DNA of 64,000 bases from Macrostomum lignano (Eukaryota). The notes beneath the pieces were generated by a model. The model was not told the origin of the DNA. It ran no database searches and saw nothing but the letters and a program-made list of their open reading frames with translations. The DNA is taken from positions 62,001 through 126,000 of the forward strand of contig NIVC01000042.1 of NCBI GenBank assembly GCA_002269645.1, given 5' to 3'. The translations under genes were made by a program, and so were the position numbers. This document shows positions 1 through 16,387 of this stretch, piece by piece (position 1 is the first letter of the stretch; the number at the start of each line of letters is the position of its first letter).

Positions 1-681
1 TTACTGGGCTGTGTGATCTATTGCTGAGCTGTATGACCGATTGCTGAGCTGTGTGACTGATTGCTGAGCTGTGTGACCGATTGCTGAGCTGTGTGACCGA
101 TTGCTGAGCTGTGTGTCTGACTGCTGAGTTGTGTGACTGATTGCTGAGCTGTGTGACCGATTGCTGAGCTGTGTGACCGGTTGCTGAGCTGTGTGACCGA
201 TTGCTGAGCTGTATGACCGATTGCTGAGCTGTGTGACTGATTGCTGAGCTGTGTGACCGATTGCTGAGCTGTGTGACCGATTGCTGAGCTGTGTGACTGA
301 TTGCTGAGCTGTTGTGACCGATTGCTTAGCTGTGTGACCGATTGCTGAGCTGTGTGACCGATTACTGGGCTGTGTGACCGATTGCTGAGCTGTGTGACCG
401 ATTGCTGAGCTGTGTGACCGATTGCTGAGCTGTGTGACCGATTACTGGGCTGTGTGACCGATTGCTGAGCTGTGTGACCGATTGCTGAGCTGTGTGACCG
501 ATTGCTGAGCTGTGTGACTGATTGCTGAGCTGTTGTGACCGATTGCTGAGCTGTGTGACCGATTGCTGAGCTGTGTGACCGATTACTGGGCTGTTGTGAC
601 CGATTGCTGAGCTGTGTGACCGATTGCTGAGCTGTGTGATCTATTGCTGAGCTGTGTGACCGACTGCCAACTGTGTGACCG
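1..681. repeat. 20-bp minisatellite GATTGCTGAGCTGTGTGACC (~34 copies), ENTPD intron
   Basis: Direct inspection. Confidence 0.95.
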
Positions 682-749
682 AATCGATCTCAGTTCTCAG
701 CAGTTCCACCCACCGCCACCCAAACGCCCCCCCCCCCCCCTGCTCTCAG

Positions 750-3700
750 ATCCGTGAACGCCTCTAAAGCTAAAGCCGTTCTCTCGGATGCCCGGAAAAT
801 TCTGCGGCCGGACGGCAGCGGCGGCTTCCACTTTGAAGTCGGCGGCGTGCGCATCCTTGAAGGTGACGAGGAGGCGCGCGCCGGCTGGCTGGCCGTCAAC
901 TTCCTTAAAGGCGGATTCGGCGACCTGCCTGCGCGGGAGGCGGCGCAGAACGCCGGTTCGACCGCCAATCCGCCGCCAGATCTGCCAGCAACCTTCGGGA
1001 GCCTCGACCTTGGCGACGGCAGCGTCCAGGTCGCCTTCGAGTCGCCGCCGGACTCGCCGCCCGACTCGCCGGACACGCAACCGCTGACTGTCTATGGCCG
1101 CACCAGGCGGGTCTACGCGCACAGCTTCGGCTGCTACGGACTCGGCGCGGCCCAGCGGCGAGCCATCGGCCGGGCCATCGCCGACGCAGGATATGACGAT
1201 GGCAAACCCGTGGATTTTCCCTGCTGGCAGCTGGGTTACTCGGACAAGGTGCGACAGGAGCTCCGGTATCCCGTGCCATCCCTGGTCCCTTATCTCCCCA
1301 GGCTATTCTCACAACCCATCCCCATCCCTATGCCTCACACCATACCACACCATGCAATACCAATACCACACCAATACCACACCATGCCACACCAATACCA
1401 CACCATGCCACACCAATACCACACCATGCCACACCAATACCACACCACGCCACACCAATACCACACCATGCCACACGAATACCACACCATGCCACACCAA
1501 TACCAAACCATGCCACACCAATACCACACCATGCCACACCATGCCACACCAATACCACACCATGCCACACCAATACCACACCATGCCACACCATGCCACA
1601 CCAATACCACACTAATACCACACCATGCCACACCAATACCACACCATGCCACACCATGCCACACCAATACCACACCATGCCACACCATGCCACACCAGTA
1701 CCACACCATGCCACACCAATACCACACCATGCCACACCATGCCACACCAATACCACACTAATACCACACCATGCCACACCAATACCACACCATGCCACAC
1801 CAATACCACACCATGCCACACCATGCCACACCAATACCACACTAATACCACACCATGCCACACCAATACCACACTAATACCACACCATGCCACACCATGC
1901 CACACCAATACCACACCAATACCACACCAATACCACACCATACCACACCAATACCACACCAATACCACACCATGCCACACCAATACCACACCATGCCACA
2001 CCAATACCACACCATGCCACACCAATACCACACCATGCCACACCAATACCACACCATGCCACACCAATACCACACCATGCCACACCATGCCACACCAATA
2101 CCACACTAATACCACACCATGCCACACCAATACCACACCATGCCACACCAATACCACACCATGCCACACCATGCCACACCAGTACCACACCATGCCACAC
2201 CAATACCACACCAATACCACACCATGCCACACCAATACCACACTAATACCACACCATGCCACACCATGCCACACCATGCCACACCAATACCACACCATGC
2301 CACACCAATACCACACCAATACCACACCAGTGCCACACCAATACCACACCATGCAACACCAATACCACACCAATACCACACCAGTGCCACACCAATACCA
2401 CACCATACCACGCCAATGCCACACCATATCACACCAATACCACATCAATACCACACCAATACCACCCAAATGCCACACCAATACCACCCCAATGCCACAC
2501 CAATACCACACCATACCACCCCAATGCCACACCATACCACCCCAATGCCACACCATACTACCCCAATGCCACACCATACTACCCCTATGCCACACCAATA
2601 CCACCCCAATGCCACACCAATACCACACCAATACCACACCAATACCACACCAATACCACCCCAATGCCACACCAATACCACACCAATACCACACCAATAC
2701 CACCCCAATGCCACACCAATACCACATCAATACCACACCAATACCACCCCAATGCCACAGCAATACCACACCAATACCACACACCCACACCGCAGGTACG
2801 CGCCAGCGAGGTGTTCGTCCCCCCCTGCTCGGACGGCCTGTTCACCGTGCCGGCCGCAAAGGCGGATGCCCGCTTCCTCGTCTCCGGCAGCGGCGACGCC
2901 TCCCGCTGCCGCCTGCTGGCCGCCAGGTTCTTCAACTCGCTGTGCAACCAAACCAGCTGCTCCTTCAACAATGTCTACCAGCCCGACCCAGTCGGTAAAT
3001 TTGTCGCCTTCTCCGGCTTCTATCACGTCGCCGATTTCTTCAATTTGACGGCGAACCGTCGGGCGGCCAGCCGGCCCAGCGCCAACCTCACCGAGGTGTC
3101 CATCCTGGTGGACAGCTTCTGCAGCCGGTCGTATCGACCATCGGGCAGCGTGTCCGAGGCCAGGCTGAGGTGGCTCTGCTTTGATGGCATCTTCGTGGAG
3201 AGCCTCCTGCGGGGACTGGGATTCAACGACTCCAACTGGAGCAATATTGAGTTTCTTGATAAGGTAAGGACTGGTTGAAGACATTGGGTTGACGAAATTG
3301 GAATCGATGACGTAGAAGAAAAGAGTAGAGGACATTCTGGAGGTGAGAGTTGAGGACATTGTGGAGGTGGGAGTTGAGGACATTGTGGAGGTGGGAGTTG
3401 AGGACATTGTGGAGGTGGGAGTTGATGACATTGTGGAGGTGAGAGTTGAGGACATTGTGGAGGTGGGAGTTGATGACATTGTGGAGGTGAGAGTTGAGGA
3501 CATTGTGGAGGTGGGAGTTGAGGACATTGTGGAGGTGGGAGTTGATGACATTGTGGAGGTGAGAGTTGAGGACATTCTGGAGGTGAGAGTTGAGGACATT
3601 GTGGAGGTGAGAGTTGAGGACATTGTGGAGGTGGGAGTTGATGACATTGTGGAGGTGAGAGTTGAGGACATTGTGGAGGTGAGAGTTGAGGACATTGTGG

Positions 3701-4368
3701 AGGTGAGAGTTGAGGACATTGTGGAGGTGAGAGTTGAGGACATTGTGGAGGTGAGAGTTGAGGACATTGTGGAGGTGAGAGTTGAGGACATTGTGGAGGT
3801 GAGAGTTGAGGACATTGTGGAGGTGAGAGTTGAGGACATTCTGGAGGTGAGAGTTGAGGACATTGTGGAGGTGAGAGTTGAGGACATTCTGGAGGTGAGA
3901 GTTGAGGACATTGTGGAGGTGAGAGTTGAGGACATTGTGGAGGTGAGAGTTGAGGACATTGTGGAGGTGAGAGTTGAGGACAGGAAGACCCTTAAACATT
4001 AATTTCTCTCAAAATCCATTGCCATCGCATTCAATTTTTTCAGATCCCAACGTACCGAGCAGAAGGCAAAGCTGTGGTAATCACCTGAACGATAAATAAT
4101 GTTATGATTTTTGCAAGGCTTATGAATCCCCAATATGTCTCTCAAATCCCCGCAGACCCGAACCGACAACAAGTTGGCCTGGCCGCTGGGCTACATGATC
4201 CTGCAGTCGGCCAGCAGTCCCACCGAAGGCCTGATCTGGGCGGTGCCACTGCCTCTGTTCATCTGCCTGATTGTGCTGTTCGTTCTGCTGCTAGCGTTGG
4301 CGGTTCTGTTTGCCTGCATCGCCCTGCGAACTAGCAGAGGAAAGCGCAAAGGATACAAGCCCTTCTAA
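750..4368 (+). CDS. ENTPD: Ectonucleoside triphosphate diphosphohydrolase (GDA1/CD39 apyrase), 3' part only; exons 750-1248, 2796-3263, 4156-4368; ACR1/ACR2 exons lie upstream of the window
   Basis: The spliced translation shows ACR3 (ILEGDEEARAGWLAVNFL), ACR4 (TFGSLDLGDGSVQVAF), VYAHSFGCYG, CSFNNVYQP..GKFVAFSGFY, ACR5 (AWPLGYM) and a C-terminal TM helix. GT/AG sites are phase-compatible. Confidence 0.9.
1336..2785. repeat. Composite 10/11-bp repeat (CACCATGCCA / CACCAATACCA), ENTPD intron
   Basis: Direct inspection; source of the long MPHQYHT-type ORFs. Confidence 0.95.
3328..3982. repeat. 24-bp minisatellite GTGGAGGTGAGAGTTGAGGACATT (~27 copies), ENTPD intron
   Basis: Direct inspection. 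Confidence 0.95.
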
Positions 4369-4487
4369 TGCCCGCCTTACAGACAACTCACTGCTTCAAA
4401 TAGGAGGACTTTGCACTTCCGAAATCCCCGATAATGCGCCGGGGGTTGTCATGAAATCAGGCCCTGAACCCCACGGCACAGGGTGTG

Positions 4488-4850
4488 TTTTTTTTTTTAG
4501 AGACAGGGGGCTGTGTGCACCCTGGCGCACTTTAAGCGACATAGGCACACAACCGGCGAGAGGCATTACTGCCCATTCCACCGACTCCCCTGAGCAGGCA
4601 TACAAGCGCGCGGATACGTACGCAGGCACACACTCACACAGGAGTGTACAGCGGCCCTAACTTTATATTATCGTTAGGCATGTACACTTCACTGCGCCTT
4701 GGGGGGTTGGCTCTCAAGGCCGTTAATTGCACGAGCAGAGCCAAGCCGAGATTCCAATTCAGCCCCAAATTAATGTGACTGCACTTGGAATCGAGCCTGG
4801 GTCGCTGGCACACCAGAGCAGCTGCGCTACCGCTGGGCTACGGCCCCCCT
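4488..4850 (-). mobile_element. Intact tRNA-derived SINE (~360 bp)
   Basis: On the - strand the head GGGGCCG-TAGCCCAGCGG (A box)...GGCTCGATTCC (B box) is followed by ~280 bp of body and an A11 tail (T 4488-4498). Flanked by the direct repeat CACAGGGTGTG at 4477-4487 and 4851-4861. Confidence 0.85.
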
Positions 4851-5460
4851 CACAGGGTGTGTCGGCTAACTGACGACGCTGTGCCAGCTCAGGCGTCAGC
4901 GGAATGGGCATTACCCGACTTTCTTAGAAATGAGCTTGGAGGCTGTTGGGGAGCCTGTAGCTGGCGTGCAGCTCTGGTTTCACCATAGACAGATTCTATT
5001 TAGAATTCCTAATTAGCTCTGGACATGAAAACTAACATCTAGAAAGATTACCTGATTCTCATTTTCGTTTGAAATTTAATTTTATCGTAATATTATTTCG
5101 TCATAAAATGGTTATTTTTTTATTTCAATTTAGCATAGCATCCGTCTTTCAATGTGAACTCAGCTAATTAATTATGTTAATGAGTCGATCGTGACTTTAA
5201 CTTCTGGTTTTGTTTCTTTGGTGTGAGGAGTTCAAGTGCGCATTGTACCGCATGTCTAGATATTATTTTCTAATAACCTAGCTAATGTCAAATCCCCGCT
5301 TGGCCTTCGCGCGTGTCACAATTCTAACAGATGTTCCGCATGTGCCGCCTATTTTGCTGTCCTTTTTCACACGCTTTTGTTATAATGCGATATATTCATA
5401 CATATTTATTTTCCTTGGTCTTGGTGGTTGCAGCTGGTGCCCAAGAATACTGTTTTCTCA

Positions 5461-5780
<320 letters not shown>

Positions 5781-6393
5781 CAGCCCAATGCTCCAATGCT
5801 GTTTAAGCTGTCATAGAGCAGCCATCACTTCAACTCCTTGGTATCGCCCGCTTCCTTAACAATCCCGCTATAGCGCTTGTCACAAAGACTCCATCAATTA
5901 AATAAATGCCAATTGCAATGTTACTAATTAAAAAATAAAACAGAGACTCGTGCGTTTAAACTGAGAATATAATAATTAATTAACATTACGGTGTTTTTGG
6001 CGCCTATCGTGTTGTGTTATTTCTGGCGCAGCGGAAGTTCGGTTCGGTGAAATTCCAAAGAAATTTTTTATTGTTTGGATTTGTTAAAAATATTATTTAA
6101 AACTAAGACTTTTGTCTTAAAAATGTGGTAAATTATTGGGTAATGTAATGAATAAAATATAAATCTATTTGTTATAGTAATGTATATTTTAGAAATTCTG
6201 TTATAAATGTTATGATTTATCATTTTAAAAGATTAAAGTCTAGTCTACGAGATTTAGACATGGTCATCACTTGTTACGAACATGACGATGTAAGTTAAAA
6301 CTGTTTTGTGTTAAAAAAGTATTTTAATCAAACTTAAGATTTTTGATGGTTCGCTTTTGGTGCTGAAATAGTTCAATAAAAATGATGATTCGT

Positions 6394-10222
<3,829 letters not shown>

Positions 10223-10463
10223 ATTTAATATTTAAATATTTTCAATATTTGTAGAGAAGCTAAGCCTGCAGACAAGAAATTTAACTGTTTTTGGACTCGG
10301 CACTCATATTTATCCACTCACTCGCGAAACCCTAGGGCTCGCAGAGCAGCTCTCTTCTTTCTCTCCTTTTTCTGTCAACAGCAGCTGCTATTGGTCGGGG
10401 CTCTACAAAGCAAAAGGTAACTTTTTCTCTTTGCCTCACTACGATCTAGCCTGCAAAATAGAG

Positions 10464-13191
10464 ACCTAAGACACAGGGGCACTCACCTAGGAGACAGGGC
10501 ACTCACCTAGTACACAGGGGCACTCACCTAGTACACAGGGGCACTCACCTAAGACACAGGGGCACTCACCTGAGACACAGGGGCACTCACCTAAGACACA
10601 GGGGTACTCACCTAAGACACAGGGGCGCTCACCTAAGAGACAGGGGCACTCACCTAAGAGACAGGGGCACTCACCTGAAAAGACAGGGGCACTCACCTAA
10701 GACACAGGGGCACTCACCTAAGACACAGGGGCACTCACCTAAGAGACAGGGGCACTCACTTGAGAAACAGGGGCACTCACCTAAGAGACAGGGGCACTCA
10801 CCCGAGAGACAGGGGCACTCACCTGAGACACGGGGGCGCCCACCTAAGACACAGGGGCACTCAACTAAGACACAGGGGCACTCACCTAAGACACAGGGGC
10901 ACTCACCTAAGACACAGGGGCACTCACCTAAGAGACAGGGGCACTCACCTAAGACACAGGGGCACTCACCTAAGACACAGGGGCACTCACCTAAGAGACA
11001 GGGGCACTCACCTAAGACACAGGGGCACTCACCTAAGAGACAGGGGCACTCACCTGAGACACGGGGGCGCCCACCTAAGACACAGCGGCACTCACTTAAG
11101 ACACAGGGGCACTCACCTAAGAGACAGGGGCACTCACCTGAGAGACAGGGGCACTCACCTGAGACACGGGGGCGCCCACCTAAGAGACAGGGGCACTCAC
11201 CTGAGACACAGGGGCACTCACCTAAGAGCCAGGGGCACTCACCTAAGAGACAGGGGCACTCACCTGAGAGACAGGGGCACTCACCTAAGACACGGGGGCG
11301 CCCACCTAAGACACAGGGGCACTCAACTAAGACACGAGGCGCCCACCTAAGACACAGAGGAACTCACCTAAGAGACAGGGGCACTCACCTAAGAGACAGG
11401 GGCACTCACCTAAGACACAGGGGCACTCACCTAAGACACAGGGGCACTCACCTAAGACACAGGGACACTCACCTGAGAGACAGGGGCACTCACCTAAGAG
11501 ACATGAACACTCAACTAAGAGTCAAGGGCACTCACCTAAGACACAGGGGCACTCACCTAAGACACGGGGGCGCCCACCTAAGACTCAGGGGCACTCACCT
11601 AAGAGACAGGGGCACTTACCTAAGACACAGGGGCACTCACCTAAGACACAGGGGCACTCACCTAAGAGACAGGGGCACTGACCTAAGACACAGGGGCACT
11701 CACCTAAGAGACAGGGGCACTCACCTAAGACACAGGGGCACTCACCTAAGACACAGGGGCACTCACCTAAGAGACAGGGGCACTCACCTAAGAGACAGGG
11801 GCACTCACCTAGGAGACAGGGACACTCACCTAAGACACAGGGGCACTCACCTAAGAGACAGGGGCACTCACCTGAGAGACAGGGGCACTCACCTAAGACA
11901 CAGGGGCACTCACCTAAGACACAGGGGCACTCACCTAAGACACAGGGGCACTCACCTAAGACACAGGGGCACTCACTTGAGAGACAGGGGCACTCACCTA
12001 AGAGACAGGGGCACTCACCTGAGAGACAGGGGCACTCACCTAAGAGACAGGGGCACTCACTTGAGTAACAGGGGCACTCACCTAAGAGACAGGGGCACTC
12101 ACCTGAGAGACAGGAGCACTCACCTAAGACACAGGGGCACTCACCTAAGACACAGGGGCACTCACCTGAGAGACAGGGGCACTCACCTAAGAGACAGGGG
12201 CACTCACCTGAGAGACAGGGGCACTCACCTAAGAGACAGGGGCACTCACCTGAGAGACAGGGGCACTCACCTGAGAGACAGGGGCACTCACCTAAGAGAC
12301 AGGGGCACTCACCTGAGAGACAGGGGCACTCACCTAAGAGACAGGGGCACTCACTTGAGAAACAGGGGCACTCACCTAAGAGACAGGGGCACTCACCTGA
12401 GAGACAGGGGCACTCACCTGAGAGACAGGGGCACTCACCTGAGAGACAGGGGCACTCACCTAAGAGACAGGGGCACTCACCTGAGAGACAGGGGCACTCA
12501 CCTAAGACACAGGGGCACTCACCTAAGACACAGGGGCACTCACCTAAGACACAGGGGCACTCACCTAAGACACAGGGGCACTCACTTAAGACACAGGGGC
12601 ACTCACCTGAGAGACAGGGGCACTCACCTAAGAGACAGGGGCACTCACCTAAGACACAGGGGCACTCACGTAAGACACGGGGGCACTCACCTAAGAGACA
12701 GGGGCACTCACCTGAGACACGGGGGCACTCACCTAAGACACGGGGCGCCCACCTAAGACACATATGCATTCACCTAAGACACGGGGCGCCCACCTAAGAC
12801 ACAGAGGCACTCAACTAAGACACGAGGCGCCCACCTAAGACACAGGGGCACTCAACTAAGACACAGGGGCACTCACCTAAGAGACAGGGGCACTCACCTG
12901 AGACACAGGGGCACTCACCTAAGAGACAGGGGCACTCACCTGAGACACGGGGGCGCCCACCTAAGACACAGGGGCACTCACTTAAGACACAGAGGCACTC
13001 ACCTAAGAGACAAGGGCACTCACCTAAGACACAGAGGCACTCACCTAAGACACAGAGGCACTCACCTAAGAGACAAGGGCACTCACCTGAGAGACAGGGG
13101 CACTCACCTGAGACACGGGGGCGCCCACCTAAGACACAGGGGCACTCACCTAAGACACGGGGCGCCCACCTAAGACACAGAGGCACTCACC
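10464..13191. repeat. 21-bp minisatellite A(C/G)ACAGGGGCACTCACCT(A/G)AG (~130 copies)
   Basis: Direct inspection; the - strand unit reads GTGAGTGCCCCTGT(G/C)TCT(T/C)AG. Confidence 0.97.
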
Positions 13192-14104
13192 CATCTATAG
13201 AAATCAATAACTGGGCTTAACCTAACAACACGTCAGTCAGATACTCAACTACCTTTTCAAAGGTATTCAGTCAGACCCCGCTAACCCTGATAGACAGCCT
13301 ACCAGAATCCATCAGTTCTGCAACATTTTCTGTTTACCGTGAGGCCCAAATCGGCAGCAATTTTATAAAATTATTTTAGCCTTCAGTCGGCCTCGAACTC
13401 GGCCCGATTCTGAGCACGACATCCACCCCTCTCCTAGCTACCGTCTGTCTGTTTCACTCGGTCTGTCTGTCCGTCTGTTTCTGTGGCCCGACACCCCAAA
13501 ACCCCCCTGGTCACAATGGGCCAAAAATTTCTAGCTAATATTAAAGAATTCTTTTCTCTCGCTACGCAGCAACATCAATAAAGAAATGCAAGAAAAAGGA
13601 GATGAAGAAGAAAGGAGAGCTCGGCAAGCGCAGCGCGGCAATTAAAAAATCGCTGGGGCCCCGAGCTCAAACTCTGCTCTTGCTTAGCCCGGCTGCCTGA
13701 GCCTGCCTGCTTCAGGCTGGTTGCTTTTGGCAAAGCCATATTGTGCTGGCTTCTTCACTTTGTTTGCTGCGTTATCGACCGAACAGAGAGTGCGAATGCG
13801 AAGGCAGCCCACCCCCCCCCGACTTGCTCTCGGAAAACCGCGCCACCTGTGCACTTTCGGGTCGCCGTCTGGGTGGAGAAAAATCGTGAACAGCAGCTGC
13901 ATGAGAAGGACGCTACAGATGCATTAGCGAAATAGCTGATGTTTGCCTTTTTAGCACTAATAACACGAGAGAAGTGAGGTTTTACCATAGACAGTCTGGG
14001 TCGAGACAGTTCCTTCTAGAAAAAGTAAACTCTACACAGGCAGCTGAATTGCAACTTGGCTTGTTTGCCCGTCTTTTCGAGGTAGCATGGAGTGGAATTG
14101 TGTG

Positions 14105-14770
14105 GGGTAGAATTACTCTCTGGGCTAGAACTACTCTCTGGGGTAGAACTACTCTCTGGGGTAGAACTACTCTCTGGGGTAGAATTACTCTCTGGGGTAG
14201 AATTACTCTCTGGGGTAGAACTACTCTCTGGGGTAGAACTACTCTCTGGGGTAGAACTACTCTCTGGGGTAGCATTACTCTCTGGGGTAGCATTACTCTC
14301 TGGGGTAGCATTACTCTCTGGGGTAGCATTACTCTCTGGGGTAGCATTACTCTCTGGAGTAGCATTACTCTCTGGGGTAGCATTACTCTCTGGAGTAGCA
14401 TTACTCTCTGGGGTAGCATTACTCTCTGGGGTAGCATTACTCTCTGGAGTAGCATTACTCTCTGGGGTAGCATTACTCTCTGGGGTAGCATTACTCTCTG
14501 GGGTAGCATTACTCTCTGGGGTAGCATTACTCTCTGGGGTAGCATTACTCTCTGGGGTAGCATTACTCTCTGGGGTAGCATTACTCTCTGGGGTAGCATT
14601 ACTCTCTGGGGTAGAACTACTCTCTGGGGTAGCATTACTCTCTGGGGTAGCATTACTCTCTGGGGTAGCATTACTCTCTGGGGTAGCATTACTCTCTGGG
14701 GTAGCATTACTCTCTGGGGTAGAACTACTCTCTGGGGTAGCATTACTCTCTGGGGTAGAACTACTCTCTG
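14105..14770. repeat. 18-bp minisatellite GGGGTAGCATTACTCTCT
   Basis: Direct inspection. Confidence 0.95.
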
Positions 14771-15174
14771 AGGGTAGTACTACTCTCAGCTTGGGTTAAC
14801 TAGTACATGTACATGAATATCAGCAACTTCTCGAACACGATGTGACTTCATTTTTCACATTTAATTGGAATCTAGAAACGTAATAACTATTATGCTATAA
14901 AGTTGACTAATTTATACGTGCCAAAGAATAACGTAGTCATTGCACCATATGCTAATGAATTCAGACAGATCAGCACCTGCCCGCGTGCCAAGTATTCTAT
15001 TTTTAACTCTTTGTCTCAACTCCATGAAGATGAGCAGGAGTTCTTTTAATAAAAGCTTGATTGTTATTATACTCGTAGCTAACTTTTATGACCAAAACTG
15101 ATCGTCTGAACATTATTTTGCTGGTCAGTTGATTTCAGTTTGTTTTTCTGTATATCATTTTATGTAAGATGCTG

Positions 15175-15998
15175 AGCACCCCAAGGATTGAGCACTCCAA
15201 TGATTGAGCACTCTAAAGAATTGAGGATTGAGCACTCCAATGATTGAGTACTCTAAAGGATTGAGGATTGAGCACTCCAAGGATTGGGCACTCCGATGAT
15301 TGGGCACTCAAAGAATTGAGCACTCTAAGGATTAAGCACTTAAAGGATTAAGCACTTAAAGGATTGAGCACTCCAGGGATTAAGCACTCAGAGGATTGAG
15401 CACTCATAGGATTGAGCACTCCAGGGATTAAGCACTCAGAGGATTGAACACTCAGAGGATTGAGCACTCCAGGGATTAAGCACTCAGAGGATTGAGCACT
15501 CAGAGGATTGAGCACTCCAGGGATTGAGCACTCCTGGGATTGAGCACTCAGAGGATTGAGCACTCAGAGGATTGACCACTCAGAGGATTGAGCACTCTAA
15601 GGATTAAGCACTTAAAGGATTAAGCACTTAAAGGATTAAGCACTTAAAGGATTAAGCACTTAAAGGATTGAGCACTCCAGGGATTAAGCACTCAGAGGAT
15701 TGAGCACTCATAGGATTGAGCACTCCAGGGATTAAGCACTCAGAGGATTGAGCACTCAGAGGATTGAGCACTCCAGGGATTGAGCACTCCTGGGATTGAG
15801 CACTCAGAGGATTGAGCACTCAGAGGATTGAGCACTCAGAGGATTGAGCACTCCAGGGATTGAGCACTCCTGGGATTGAGCACTCAGAGGATTGAGCACT
15901 CAGAGGATTGACCACTCAGAGGATTGACCACTCAGAGGATTGAGCACTCCAGGGATTGAGTACTCAGAGGATTGAGCACTCAGAGGATTGAGCACTCC
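15175..15998. repeat. 16-bp minisatellite GGATTGAGCACTC(AGA/CAG) with higher-order structure
   Basis: Direct inspection; variant CACTCATAGG recurs at 15401 and 15705. Confidence 0.93.
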
Positions 15999-16387
15999 AC
16001 CTTATATGGAGTGCCTTAGATTAGGATAGCGCTTTAGGACTGAGCAATCTAAGGAAGGAGCAGATCTTTATTAAGGACATGATGAACTTTTAGCAACCTC
16101 ATAAATTGAGCCACTTTTCAAAATGTCATTCATTCATTTAGCCCGCTATTCACCTCTGAGGCCGATAAATCAGGAATGACAGAATCAAACCCTTTAACAT
16201 AAAAAAGAATTTTCATATCTTTGAAAAAAATATTCTCTTTTTTTCAAGTCGGCATCTCTATTTGAAGCCTTGTGCTCAGATTTTTGTCTTCAATAGGAAA
16301 AGCAACTGGACTTTAAGAGTGTTAATAAAAATGGTAAACAGAGCGTTTTTCAGATTGGGACAAAATTCTGCTTAAACCAGAGAGTTT

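Noticed and set aside
1094-3048. Long ORFs (up to 457 aa) of MPHQYHT/HTNTT type
   Set aside because: They are translations of an intronic 10/11-bp repeat, open on both strands. The real exons splice around it.
4044-4088. Alternative ENTPD terminal exon or microexon (TTTTTTCAG|ATC CCA ... ACC TGA)
   Set aside because: The acceptor is good, but the donor is weak and the peptide has no ENTPD similarity. The 3263-4156 join already gives normal spacing to ACR5.
4775-4847. tRNA gene
   Set aside because: The acceptor stem does not pair and the anticodon arm is irregular. The A-tail and TSD identify it as a SINE head.
10760-13186. 417-aa RGTHLRD and 394-aa GECPCVL ORFs resembling repetitive structural proteins
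   Set aside because: They arise from a 21-bp unit lacking stops in some frames, with no unique N- or C-terminal domain or plausible gene structure.
13684-13902. 72-aa minus-strand ORF as an extra exon or gene
   Set aside because: No recognisable motif and no compatible splice partner. The upstream orphan gene already has a stop at 16388.
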